Notes: generated by a model not told the origin, from the letters alone. A stretch of 64,000 nt of DNA from Eledone cirrhosa (GCA_964016885.1 OZ024742.1:28768001-28832000), one strand, 5' to 3'; shown: positions 14,883 through 39,339, counted from the stretch's first letter. Program-made: numbers and translations.

Positions 14883-15083
14883 GGACAAAATGAAAACACA
14901 CACACACATAGAACAAACAACCAACCAGTAACATGTAAATAAACAAATAAATAAATGAACATAAACACACACAGACACCCGGATGTGGCGCATGTGCAGA
15001 CTGAGCATACAACACACACACAGAAACAAAATGGCGTAGGACAGAACAAAGGAGAGGCACAAAAACAAAGAAAGGAATCCCCA

Positions 15084-15126
15084 GTCACTGAAGAAGTCAC
15101 AGAGCGTGTGACGAAAGAACTATGAC
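15084..15126 (+). ncRNA. minimal type I hammerhead ribozyme in PLE pLTR
   Basis: gtca CTGAAGAA GTCAC agagcgt GTGAC GAAA gaac TA tgac. Confidence 0.8.
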
Positions 15127-15413
15127 AATATATAAACAATTCTATTTGTGGAAACAACCAACCAACCAGAAATTTATAAATTTATAAATTTATTATAAAT
15201 TTATTATAATAAATTGAAGTGAAAGCTACTGGTGCGTGTGTTTCTTATTGGCAACATGACCCTCCCAAAGTATAACAATATCGGTTTCAACACACGATTT
15301 CAGATAAAGAATCTTGCTAAACAAATTCAGAAACGAAATATATATATATATAAAAAAAAATATATATATATATATATTGAAATACTTAACTAAAACACAC
15401 ACTCAAAACTAGA

Positions 15414-16454
15414 ATGGCTAACCAGCAAAAATCCAAACAGAACTGGTCTGATTATGAAATCGACATTATAATAAACCCATGGCATTGCCTTACCCAAACA
15501 GAAGACATAGATGCTTCATGTCTGAACGACATTGCTAAACGTACAGTTCACCTTTTGAAAACCCGATCTGAACAACAGATTCAAAATAAATTAAAGCAAA
15601 TCGAAGTTGCTTTTAAATTAATCAATAAACATTTGGATAAACTACGGCGTGTTTTTTCTTCGGATGCTGTCCAGCAACAACAACAACAGCAGCAGCAACG
15701 ACAACAACAACAACAGCTACAACAACAACAGCAACAGCAACAACAACAACGACAACAATAACAACAGTGTGAACCACTCCTTGATTCATCAACAATGGAC
15801 GATCTACTAAATGAAACTATTGACCTCCCAGTAGCCTCTGTCTCACAGCAGGAAACGCCACTTCCTTTCTCTGGCCCAGCAGTCCAATCATCATCACTGC
15901 CAACATCTTCTCTGCCTACTACTACTACTACTACAACATCTTTGCCTACTGCTATCTCAAGGAATTTACCTTCTAATACCAATACAAGAACTCTCCCTCC
16001 CACAGCCCACAAAGGTCGTCAAATCCTACTCAAACCATCATCTACACCTCTCACAACACACTCACACACATACACACCCACTCGAAACCCCATCATTTGC
16101 CGCTACTCTCTACGCTACAGAATATGTACGGATAGTGGCTCCAAATTCACCCATTTACCTAGGACAAAACGGTCTATCCCCACAAACAGCCACCACCATA
16201 ATACATACTCTAATTTAACACCAACACAACCACCAATAACTCAAACAAGGAATCCACAGATCTGCCGCTTTTCCCTCCGAGACAGATTGTGTTTAAACCG
16301 GGATTGTCCCTTTACCCATCTCCCGGGGACCCGTCGGACAAATGAAAATAAAATTAAAAATAGAAGCAAAAACAAAAACCATAACCTACATAAAATAACC
16401 ACTACCACAGTCACCAACAGTCTCCTAAACAGGAAACTTCTTCCTCTTTTTTAG
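15414..16454 (+). pseudogene. LINE ORF1: Myb/SANT-like N-terminus, poly-Q, S/T-rich linker, two CCCH-like fingers; one premature TAA at 15759
   Basis: The 15414 and 15795 ORFs are in frame, split by CAA>TAA in the poly-Q. Motifs WSDYEIDIII..RSEQQIQNKLKQI, CRYSLRYRICTDSGSKFTH and CRFSLRDRLCLNRDCPFTH. Confidence 0.7.
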
Positions 16455-16545
16455 CCATAATGAATCTGGCAAAAGAACTGGAAAAAAACATTCGAGCTAT
16501 CACCCAGCACCCCCCTCCACTATCACCCCACTGCACAAACTCCCA

Positions 16546-19500
16546 TTGCTGCCATTAACAAACAAACAAATTAACAACACACCAAAACAATTAAAACCAT
16601 CCACTCTCGCCTCAACATTTTTGCTTAACGCCCAAGGCATCAGCCCTTCCACCAATACTCAAAAATGGAAGATCAAATTCCTGGAGGACTGGGTTGATGT
16701 CCATCCAAACCACATCCCTTTCTTCGTCCTCACTGAAACCCATCTCAGTAATCTCCACTTGGAAGCCGAGGTGAAAGTGAAAAATTTCAAAGCCATCCGT
16801 GCTGATCGCGCTGGCAGAAGAAAGGGTGGGACTGCCATTTATGTCCATAATTCTTTCTCAACAGAGGCTATGAACATATTCACTAATGGATACTGCGAAG
16901 CAGTCACTGTATTCAGTCAAACCAACAACCTAATAGTAGTTAGGCTCTATAGGCCACCCCAAACGCCTGTACCATGCTTCAAGGAATGCCTCAACAGCAT
17001 AAAGTGTTTCATCCAAGAGTGTCACCCTGACAACATCTTAATGATAGGGGACTTCAACCTCCCCGGAGTTGACTGGTCCACAAACAGCCTGCCACCAGGT
17101 TCTTCTGCCTCAACCTCTGACAGGGAACCAGTGGAATCACTTCTTGACTTCATGGATGATTTCTTCCTGTCCCAACTGGTGCTCGAACCAACGAGGTGCC
17201 ACAAAAACGTCCTAGACTTAATTTTCAGCAATCACACTGACAATATCCACAATATCGCAGTGGAGAAAACTCTACTCTCTGATCATGACATGGTTCTCTG
17301 TGATCTGAGATTCCACCGTCCAATATACAAACCCAATGTCATCTCTCCTGTCCATCCGTTTGACGCTATGGATTTCCACAATGCAAACTGAGAAGCGATC
17401 AGTCATGATCTTGCACATGTCGACTGGTCCTTCACGCACACTCATACACCCACTAACATCAAAAAGTCCTGGCAGACATTTGTGGACACTGTTACAAACA
17501 TATGTGCAAAACACACCCCATTAAGAACTATAAACAAATCTAAGAGCAGAATCCCTAGAAATAGAAAAACGCTCATCAGGAAAATTAAGAAAACGAACAA
17601 AAAAATCAACAAGCTGAAATACTGTCAGCAGCAACACATAAACTTGACTTCCATTTCATCACTAGAGATTAAAAAACATAACCTCCAAAACAACATGATG
17701 TCTATCATCAACAATCAGAGAAGAGCTGAAGAGGCCTGGGCCATTGAGAAGATCAAACTCAATCCCAAAGTGTTCTTTTCATTTGCAAAAAAACACAAAA
17801 TCACTGGCTCTACTGTTGGCCCTCTAATTGATGAAAATGGCACTCTTCAAGACAATGCTAAAACCATGGGTGAGATACTGCAGAAACAATACTGCTCTGT
17901 TTTCAGCAATCCTGATATGGCCGATCTGGGCTGTATCGGCGATGTTACTCCCCATTACACCTTATCGGACATAACGTTTGGCGCCCCTGATGTCTTAGCG
18001 GCAATAAAGGAAATCAAGCATAATTCAGCAGTAGGTCCCGATAGGTTCCCTGCTTGTGTCTTGAAGGCGTGTCAACACCAACTTGCATCTCCTCTTGCCA
18101 ATCTGTTGCGGAACTCACTGGATGCTGGATATGTGCCAGAAAACCTTCTATCCCAGTCTGTTGTCCCAGTTTTCAAAAAAGGAAACAAATCCCTTGACGT
18201 GAATTACCGTCCAATCTCACTCACCTCTCATATCATTAAGGTATTTGAGAGAGTGGTGAGATCGCGAATGACCCACTTCCTTGAGAGTAACAATATGCTG
18301 AACTCCAACCAGCATGGATTCCGTAATGGAAGGGATTGCCTGACGCAGCTACTGCATCACTTTGATGACATTTTGAATGCCTTGGGAGAGGGTTCCAACA
18401 CTGATGTTATCTACCTTGATTTCAGCAAGGCCTTTGACAGGGTTGATCACAACATTCTACTGAGAAAACTGTCCAATATTGGTGTCACTGGAAAGCTGTT
18501 GCAGTGGATCAAGAGCTTCCTGTCAAACAGAACCCAACATGTTGTAGTTGAAGGAGTCAAATCCAGCCCAGCCAAAGTCAGTAGTTGGGTCCCACAAGGC
18601 ACTGTGTTGGGTCCACTTCTCTTCATCATCTATATTAATGACATCACTGACATCATCAAACACAGCAACATTAAAATTTTCGCTGATGATTCCAAGCTCC
18701 AAAAGGTCATCAATGGCGTGGATGACCGGATAAGCCTTCAGTCAGACCTACTGGCTGTTACCCAATGGACGGAAAAGAACAACATGTTACTGAACGAAGA
18801 CAAATTCGAACTGATCCACTTTGGAAAAGAGGATGCTCTGAAACTCCCGTACTCCCTTCCCTCCGGTGAAACTCTCGTGGAGTCTAAAAATATCAGAGAC
18901 TTGGGAGTAACCGTGGACAGCAACATAAGCTGGGCCACGCATATAAGCAGCAAAGTTGACATGGCCCGCAGAATGTGTTCCTGGATCCTCAGAACCTTCC
19001 AGTCGAGAGATTCCCACACCATTATCCTTCTCTACTTTTGCCCGACCACACCTTGAATACTGTTGTCCACTGTGGTCTCCCCACACGAAACAAAGTATCA
19101 TGAAACTTGAAGCTCCTCAAAGGGCAATCACGAAAAAGATAGATGGCATGTCATACCTTGACTACTGGGGTCGACTAGAAAAGCTGAAACTTTACTCACT
19201 CCAACGTCGCCGTGAGCGTTATATTATCTGCATGATGTGGAAAATGTTTCATCATCACTGCCCAAATGATGTTGGCATCACCTTCAAAATACACCAAAGG
19301 CTTGGGCCCCGTGCTATACGTCCCAACCAAAAATCTAAATCGCAACTCATAACAACAATACGGCACAATTATTTCACCTCAATTGACCCTGCTCTCTTCA
19401 ACAACACACCAGGACACGTCAAAACAGAAACTGACCACACAAAATTCAAGAAGTCTTTGGACAAATTCGTCCAAATAATCTCGGACAAACCACCCACACT

Positions 19501-19591
19501 CGGATATGTCTCCGCAAACAGTAATTCTCTTTCGAATGGGCCATGGTGCCCAAATCCTGAATTGAAAGACTTCGCCAGGTGGTGCTATTAA
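16546..19591 (+). pseudogene. LINE ORF2: apurinic-like endonuclease + reverse transcriptase (stop at 17389, frameshift near 19030)
   Basis: APE motifs LNAQG, TETHL, YRPP, GDFNLP, LDL, SDH. RT motifs GPD, YRPISL, QHGF, LDFSKAFD, VPQGTVLGP, FADD, RDLGV, RPHLEY, SLQRRRERY. Confidence 0.92.
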
Positions 19592-19635
19592 GTTAGACAT
19601 GGCCTGGGCCAATACTGGCCAAAACATTTCAAAGT

Positions 19636-19687
<52 letters not shown>

Positions 19688-19703
19688 TATACACATATTT
19701 ATA

Positions 19704-19740
<37 letters not shown>

Positions 19741-19742
<2 letters not shown>

Positions 19743-19856
19743 TAAGATAAGCAGAACAAGTAAAATTCAACCAATTTTTTAAAATACATTAAAAAATATA
19801 ATATAAATATTTACCTCTTCTAATGGCCCTTACTGATCAGTTTCGCTTTGTAAAAC
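19741..19856 (-). mobile_element. 5'-truncated pLTR fragment retaining the 3' half of an HHR
   Basis: Minus strand reads ..gc GAAA ctgatcag TA aggg, with palindromic stem III actgatcagt; island in (TA)n. Confidence 0.55.
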
Positions 19857-19873
19857 ATATATATATATGTATG

Positions 19874-19926
<53 letters not shown>

Positions 19927-20039
19927 ATATATATATATATGTATGTATATATATATATATATATGTATGTATATATATATATATGTATGTATGATATATA
20001 TATTATATATGTATGTATATATATATATATATATGTATG

Positions 20040-20070
<31 letters not shown>

Positions 20071-20103
20071 ATACATATATATGTATGTATGTATATATAT
20101 ATG

Positions 20104-20232
<129 letters not shown>

Positions 20233-20339
20233 TTATATATATGTATACATATATATGTATATATATATGTATATATATATGTATATATATATATGTATAT
20301 ATATATATATGCATATATATATATGTTTATATATATATA

Positions 20340-21849
<1,510 letters not shown>

Positions 21850-21903
21850 ATATATATATATGTATGTATATAGATATATATGTATGTATATATATGTATG
21901 TCT

Positions 21904-22041
<138 letters not shown>

Positions 22042-22052
22042 GTATGTATGTA

Positions 22053-22100
<48 letters not shown>

Positions 22101-22101
22101 C

Positions 22102-22134
<33 letters not shown>

Positions 22135-22155
22135 CATATATATATAAATATATAC

Positions 22156-22186
<31 letters not shown>

Positions 22187-22225
22187 CATACATATATATA
22201 TATACATATATATATAAATATATAC

Positions 22226-22256
<31 letters not shown>

Positions 22257-22347
22257 CATACATATATATATATACATATATATATACATATATATATATA
22301 CATACATATATATATATACATACATATATATATCATACATACATACA

Positions 22348-22407
<60 letters not shown>

Positions 22408-22408
22408 C

Positions 22409-22452
<44 letters not shown>

Positions 22453-22583
22453 ATACATACATACATACATTACATATATATATATATACATATATATGCA
22501 TACATATATATATACATACATACATACATATATATATACATACATACATATACATACATATATATATATACATATATATATAA

Positions 22584-22668
<85 letters not shown>

Positions 22669-22790
22669 CATATATATATACATATATATATATATATACA
22701 TACATATATATATATATATATACATACATATACATATATATATATACATACATACATATACATACATATATATATATATATATACATATA

Positions 22791-23014
22791 TGATGGCTGC
22801 CCCCTCGTTATCGAGTATGGCCATTGCACGATGAGAAAAAAAATTAATAAATAAACAAAAAAGAATATATATATACACCCACATATATATACACACACAC
22901 ACATATACATTAATAATAATAATAATAATAACAACAATAATAATAACGACAACAACAATAATAATATACATATACATATATATATACACATACACGCACA
23001 CACATAAACATATC

Positions 23015-23049
<35 letters not shown>

Positions 23050-23506
23050 TAGCAATTAACAGTGCTGCGATCGAATGTGGCTTTTTAGCCCAGCCAATGA
23101 TCTAAAATGTCTTGCACAGAGTCGGCAACCAAAACATTCACTGGGAATAGTCGGCTGTGGTTGGAGTTCGTGTACTTTTGCATGTCGCTTGAGCCCTCCT
23201 GCTGATTTACATTCTCTACCACATGTTTGACAAGCATGATGAGTAGCATCTCCAACAGCAGCCTGGTAGTCAACCACTGGTCTTACTTTATGACTGCGAA
23301 GATGACTTTCGAGTCCAGCTTTGCTTAGGCAGCATCTCGCACAGACACTGCATGTCAGCACCATAGGAGGACCCTCGCCGTCTGGAAGTGCAACAGCAAT
23401 GCCCTTCCTCACATCCCGCTTTAATTTCTCGTATGCGATTCGAGACACCTCAAAGGCAACTTTTCCCTCATATACAGTCTTTCTCCATTTATTACGATCA
23501 GCAGCA

Positions 23507-23510
<4 letters not shown>
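22791..23510 (-). mobile_element. 3' fragment of an RTE-clade LINE encoding three C-terminal C2H2 zinc fingers
   Basis: [26 protein letters not shown] is the typical RTE C-terminus, followed by CSVC..H..SH, CQTC..H..VH and CRLC..H..QH. 3' stem-loop catactcgataacgaggg. Confidence 0.8.
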
Positions 23511-23552
<42 letters not shown>

Positions 23553-23622
23553 CATACATATATATACATATATATATATATATACATACATACATACATA
23601 CATACATACATACATACATACA

Positions 23623-23704
<82 letters not shown>

Positions 23705-23805
23705 CATACATACATACATACATTACATATATATATATATACATATATATGCACACATATATACATACATACATACATATATATATATATACATACATAC
23801 ATACA

Positions 23806-23846
<41 letters not shown>

Positions 23847-24209
23847 ATACATACATAACCAAACACATATACAAATATAAATCGGACAAGATACATGATG
23901 TCTATATTTGCATCGTACCTGTATTGAAAGCTGCACTAAGTTACCTCAATAACTGAGTAATTTTAATCTAGAAAACAATCGACTTCACACATACTGTGTC
24001 AAGTTAAACTCTACTAAAGCATAGCATGGAACAACTCATATTTGTTGATATTGTAATTAGAATGATACATGCAGCTTATATGTTTATCTACAGACTAAAC
24101 ATACGTTATTTCCACTAATACACAAGTGTTTGTGTGTGTACACATCACACCGACGCACACAGACACACCAGTTATATATAGTAATAATAATATATATATA
24201 TATATAGTA

Positions 24210-24395
24210 ATAATTGTTTCTACGTTAGGCACACAGCCCCCAAATTACCCAGTGCATTACTGGTACTTTATTTTATCGACCCCGTAAGAATGAAAGGCAA
24301 AGTTAACCTCGGCGGGATTTGAACTCAGAATGGCAAGGGCCGTAATTCTATACGTCAAAGCATGGCATCCGACCCTCTACCAATACATCGACCTA
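24210..24395 (-). mobile_element. tRNA-derived SINE with a Meta-like central domain
   Basis: Minus strand has B box gagttcaaatcc, then gcctttcattcttacggggtcgataaaataaagtaccag; seven similar copies in the window. Confidence 0.8.
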
Positions 24396-24400
24396 TATAT

Positions 24401-26143
<1,743 letters not shown>

Positions 26144-26176
26144 TATATATACATATATATATATATACATATATAC

Positions 26177-26317
<141 letters not shown>

Positions 26318-26327
26318 CATATATATG

Positions 26328-26468
<141 letters not shown>

Positions 26469-26477
26469 GTATATATG

Positions 26478-26510
<33 letters not shown>

Positions 26511-26532
26511 GTTATATGTATATATATTTACA

Positions 26533-26706
<174 letters not shown>

Positions 26707-26769
26707 CATATATACATTTATATACATATATACATATATATACATATATACATATATATATATATATAT

Positions 26770-28370
<1,601 letters not shown>

Positions 28371-28380
28371 TTACATATAT

Positions 28381-28471
<91 letters not shown>

Positions 28472-28473
<2 letters not shown>

Positions 28474-29528
28474 GAGAATAAACGTGCTGCGTGGTTGCTA
28501 ATGGTTTACATATGAATAAAGTTAGTCCTTCATCAGTGATCTTCCAACCATCATTGGTATTTCATCGCATTAACGACTATATACCTCCGGTTGGTGCGAG
28601 CAACGGCTAAAAAAAGTCGTTGGGACACGAGAGTGTAAACAAACAAAGATGGTGAAGCAACGAAAAGTGAGGAAGAAAGAGTCAAGTCCCAAATGTCCAT
28701 GAATATAAGTTCGGCGAAATCGTGAACGAGAGAGAATAAAGGCCATCAAACCTGGTCTTAATTTTTCGTATTAATTTTTTCTTATATATCGTACGAGCAT
28801 TTATCTAGTTTACATTAGAATTTATGTATTGTAGCGGTACTCTTATATATCGTATTAGTATTCATTTTCGGGATTCTGAATTAATATTTCGTATTAGTTT
28901 CGGGACTCTGAATTATTATTTCGTATTAGTTGTTTTTTTTAGTATTTTGGCCCCCTACTTGTTGACCTGTCATTGAAAGATAGATTAGGCCGAGTACTAC
29001 TAACTCATAAAATTCTTTCACCACAATCTCGTATTTAGTATCCCGCCCCACCTATTAAACTTTTCTATAGTTTAGCAGTACCAGTGAGAGATTCGATGAT
29101 TGTGGTAGGGGAATAGTAAGCAGAAATTGTGTTTTTTTATATTTTTAACATTCTTATTTTTCTATATAGATTTACTCCATATAGATCTAATTATTGTTTC
29201 GATTCCCCCCCCCCCCCCCCCTTGACCTCTTATCCTTAGGATTCTCTGTAGTCGTCACTTTCAACGCACGACTGGGTTTCCTCCACTCCCTCTCCCTCTT
29301 TCTTCTACTGGCAAGTTCAGCTACCCTTTCCTTCCACAAAATGCCATGATAGAATTATGTGTCTCAACAACAAAGTTTGGACCAATCCTTGTGACAATCA
29401 CTTTCACCATATGTGGAATATAACCCCCTGAGAAGCTCGGCTATTCATTTACCAGGATAAAAATGTTCATTTAGTCCAGAATTAGCCGTCGAAACGGCTT
29501 GAGCTCAGCCGTTGGGGTCCTACTCGTT

Positions 29529-29530
<2 letters not shown>
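28472..29530 (+). mobile_element. ORF-less element of about 1.06 kb ending in an HHR (29423-29518), in (TA)n
   Basis: acccc CTGAGAA g..cggcta..tagccg tc GAAA cggct tgagctc agccg TT ggggt. Fragments of the family occur at 7580-7784 and 34773-34820. Confidence 0.65.
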
Positions 29531-29572
<42 letters not shown>

Positions 29573-29580
29573 GAAATAAT

Positions 29581-29616
<36 letters not shown>

Positions 29617-29618
29617 AT

Positions 29619-29660
<42 letters not shown>

Positions 29661-29692
29661 ATAATAATAATATATATATATATAGTAATAAT

Positions 29693-34290
<4,598 letters not shown>

Positions 34291-34331
34291 AATAATATAT
34301 ATATATTATTATTATTACTATATATATATAT

Positions 34332-34472
34332 ACTGGTACTTTATTTTATCGACCCCGTAAGGATAAAAGGCAAAGTCAACCTCAGCGGGATTTGAACTCA
34401 GATCGCAAAGGGACGTAACTATGCTGGAAATCATGGCGTCCGACCCTCTACCGATACTGCCAATCCACCGCC

Positions 34473-34475
<3 letters not shown>
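34332..34475 (-). mobile_element. tRNA-derived Meta-like SINE (3'-truncated)
   Basis: A box tggcagtatcgg and B box gagttcaaatcc on the minus strand. Confidence 0.8.
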
Positions 34476-34508
<33 letters not shown>

Positions 34509-34519
34509 ATAATAATATT

Positions 34520-34564
<45 letters not shown>

Positions 34565-34566
34565 AT

Positions 34567-34597
<31 letters not shown>

Positions 34598-34629
34598 GTA
34601 ATAATAATATATATATATATATATATAGT

Positions 34630-34730
<101 letters not shown>

Positions 34731-34732
34731 AT

Positions 34733-34774
<42 letters not shown>

Positions 34775-34907
34775 GTGTCCCAACGACTTTTTTTAGCCGT
34801 TGTTCGCACCAACCTGAGGCATATATATATATATACATATATATATATACATATATATATTATTATTACTATATATCTCTCTATATATATAGTATTAATA
34901 ATGTATA

Positions 34908-34942
<35 letters not shown>

Positions 34943-34944
34943 AT

Positions 34945-35128
34945 AATTGTTTCTACTATTGGCACCAGGCCAGAAAATACCCAGTACATTATTGGTACTT
35001 TATTTTATCGACCCCGTAAGGATGAAAGGCAAAGTTAACCTCGGTGGGATTTGAACTCAGAATAGCAAAGGCCGTAACTCTATGCTGGAAATCATGGCGT
35101 CCGACCCTCTACCGATACTGCCAATCCA
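34945..35128 (-). mobile_element. tRNA-derived Meta-like SINE
   Basis: Same family as 24210-24395. Confidence 0.8.
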
Positions 35129-35161
35129 TAGTAATAATAATATATAACATATATGACACCC

Positions 35162-35211
35162 AGCTTACTGAAGATTTCATCTGAATGAAACAGTACTAGC
35201 CTGTAGAAGCT
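35162..35211 (+). ncRNA. type I hammerhead ribozyme in a solo pLTR fragment of about 100 bp
   Basis: agctta CTGAAGA t TTCA tc TGAA t GAAA CAG tactagc CTG TA gaagct; followed by an A-rich end and (TA)n. Confidence 0.65.
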
Positions 35212-35241
35212 CCTTCTATAAAATTAAAATAAAAAAAAATA

Positions 35242-36219
<978 letters not shown>

Positions 36220-36407
36220 ATATATATATATATAGTAATAATAATTATATATATATATATATATATATATAGTAATAAAAATTATATATATATATATATA
36301 TATAGTAATAAAAATTATATATATATATATATATAGTAATAATAATTATATATATATATATATATAGTAATAAAAATTATATATATATATATATATAGTA
36401 ATAATAA

Positions 36408-36442
<35 letters not shown>

Positions 36443-36497
36443 ATAATAATATATATATATATATAATATATATATATATAAATATATATAATATATG

Positions 36498-36726
<229 letters not shown>

Positions 36727-37784
36727 GGAAGATGGACATTGTTTAGTGTACCGAACTTGCCTGCTACACCGTTCAGCCAATTTTCATGAAACCTCACACA
36801 TATATAAAACTCAACGCGTAGAGTGGAATAGACTACTTGAAATCTTCGAAAAATCGATAATCGGGCCCTATGACAGAATGTTTTTCGATTCCAATGAAAT
36901 TTTATGTGAATTCGAACACAAGAACTCTTAGTTTACATCTGGCGCAATAAAAATAAATTTCATATGCCCATATAAGGACGTGCGTTATTGATTGGACGGC
37001 CAGCTGCATGTCTTCCCAGCTGTCTCAGTAAACGACCGACCATTAAAGAGTTTCTTTTCATATTCCACCTTATTCAAGTGGAAATACAGTATTATCCTTA
37101 TCTGAAAAGGGAACCAAATTTAATGGTGTCTTTTGTGAACCTAAAAGCTGTGTGTAAATTTTCAAACAGTCTTAAATAATCATGCTTTTTTAAAAAAAAA
37201 TTACTAAATAATACGTTGACCAAGTTGTGTTGTACACATACAATACAAGTAAAAAAATTTACGTCGTACCAATGTTTTCCTTTTTTAAACAAAAGATTCT
37301 AAAAAATTACTTAATTTATAATACAGTCTTTTGCACAGGAAGTGAGTAACTTTTCGGGCGTTTAAACGTAAGTTCACCAGGGTTTGTGTCTTCATTATTA
37401 GCCCACCTCTAATGCCATTTTTTGTTCTGCTTACGACTAAATGTTATGAGCGTATTTGCAATTAATTGCGCACACGTGCACACCTGCATGCAGATAGACA
37501 CTGACAGCCAATAAAAAATCGATAACTTGCTTATTAAGATATCGGTCAAAAAGAGAGATTGAATGTACTTTAGAACATTTTTTGAATATATTGTTCTTTT
37601 TTGGCATGATATGTCAGAACTATAGCTACTATACACTTTGGTTATTTTTTGTAACTAAAAAACGGTTCCTTTTGGGTGGATACTTAACGAGAAAAATCCT
37701 AGGGTTTTGGACAAGTTTGTTTCAGGCGCTGTATAGACGCCTATTTTGTCACACCTTGGTCATGAATTCGTATTCTTTTCCAAT

Positions 37785-38041
37785 AGATATTTTCCGCTGT
37801 ATAAGGCTCACCAGGATATAAGGCGTATCATTTAAAATCAGGTCCGCGCAACGGCGTGTAAGGCCAACCAGAAAATGCTATCTTCTTTACTTTTAGTCTA
37901 GATCTATTACTTCTGTTAGAGCCGTGATTGATTACCATTGTATTATTTATACATAAGGCTCACCGGAGTATAAAGCGCAGAGCTGTTTTTTGATTAAATT
38001 TAATTATTTTAAGTGCAATTTATAGACGGGAAAATCCGGTA
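37785..38041. mobile_element. decayed pogo/Tc2-like MITE nested in the Helitron
   Basis: Imperfect terminal inverted repeats tattttccgctgtataa / ttatagacgggaaaatccggta; internal repeats tataaggctcacc. Confidence 0.5.
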
Positions 38042-38163
38042 AGTTATTGTAATCATATTTCCAAACCTTCCCATTCACCAGTAATCATGCTAACGAATCT
38101 GGTGTCATCTCTCTCTGTATTTAATCACCTCTCTCTAACCTAACAGCTTCGTTACACGTCGTT

Positions 38164-38650
38164 ATGCCCACACGGAAACGTTCAAGACTTACCTCCAAAA
38201 AAGGTACAGCTATTGCTTTGAGACAACGAATTAGGCGTTCTCAGGTATGAGTTCATTCACAATTGATTAATCCTTTATGCAATATTCTCCCTTAATGTTA
38301 GCAAGTACTGCGTTTATCCTAACTGTCACCACTTTTAAGCAACTACAACATTCTAATCGTAGTTATATTAAATTTATTGTCTTACCTTGGTTCCCTTTTG
38401 TTCATGTTAGACTTTTCTCATTTACTATTGACACTGCCATTGGCTTAGCTAACCAGTAGAATTAAATAATTTTCTCTAGGAAACACCTGCTGAGCGCGAA
38501 TCTCGACTCGCTGATAGACGTCTTTCCCGGCTGGTTGAGTCACCAACATCACGTACGACAAGGCTTGCTGATGTTCGCCTTCGTCGCCAACAAGCGCTGA
38601 CGGAGGAATCACCAACATCCCGTCAGACGAGGCTTCAGGCTGTGGCAAAG
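38164..38650 (+). pseudogene. two exons (38164-38244; 38480 to about 38650) of a Helitron RepHel-type N-terminus with STPR-like repeats
   Basis: MPTRKRSRLTSKKGTAIALRQRIRRSQ, a phase-0 GT..AG intron (cag|gtatga..ttttctctag|gaa), then ETPAERESRLADRR..ESPTSRTTRLADVRLRRQQALTEESPTSRQTRLQAVAK. Confidence 0.65.
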
Positions 38651-39272
38651 GGCAATAACCCTAGATACAATTTTGAACAACTTATTTTCACCTATAGCAA
38701 ATTTACATGGACAGGTTTTTAGCTACTCAAATCTACTTGAGAGATCACGCATTGATGTAAAAAATAAATAAAACTGAAGCGGGGCTCGACTTTGCGCAAA
38801 AAAACAAGGCAAAGTTACACATGGGAAAACTTTTTACAGGAACGTCCTATATTCTTGAAAACTGTCACAAAAGACTCGCCATTATGCCGTGGTTAAGATA
38901 AAGGCCCTTTTAATTCTTCTTCTGCACATGTGAGCGCAAAATTGTAAAAAAAAAAAACCCTGAAAGTAATCGACATTTTCACCCTGCTTTAAATTAACTG
39001 AACATTCAATATCAAGCGATTTTGACTTCCGTCAGTCGTGCAGAGAACAATTTCAACGATACACTGCGTAACTACAATTAATAAATTACACACCTGTGTC
39101 TACTAACCTATTTTTTTCCATTGAAGTTCGAAGTTTTGAACCTGTGATGCGCGGGAAGTAACTTTCACACATTCTAACAGGCCAAAGGTCGACTTACACC
39201 CGGGCAACGCCGGGTACTTCTGCTAGTATATATATATATATAGTAATAATAATATTATATATATATAGTAAT

Positions 39273-39338
<66 letters not shown>

Positions 39339-39339
39339 T

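Larger units (their letters stand above)
11680..15338. mobile_element. Penelope-like element with a large internal inversion and about 310-bp duplication
   Basis: Minus-strand N-terminus and RT (11680-14070) sit head-to-head with plus-strand thumb, GIY-YIG and pLTR (14071-15338). The segment DLVRVMRNVSR..PRGELA is present in both orientations. Confidence 0.85.
15379..19636 (+). mobile_element. near full-length LINE (CR1/Jockey group), inserted in (TA)n
   Basis: ORF1, then an APE-RT ORF2, then a short 3' UTR; (TA)n on both sides. Confidence 0.9.

Noticed and set aside
23056-23448. Host C2H2 zinc-finger gene
   Set aside because: It is preceded in frame by the RTE C-terminal motif and followed by an RTE 3' end, so it is treated as retroelement
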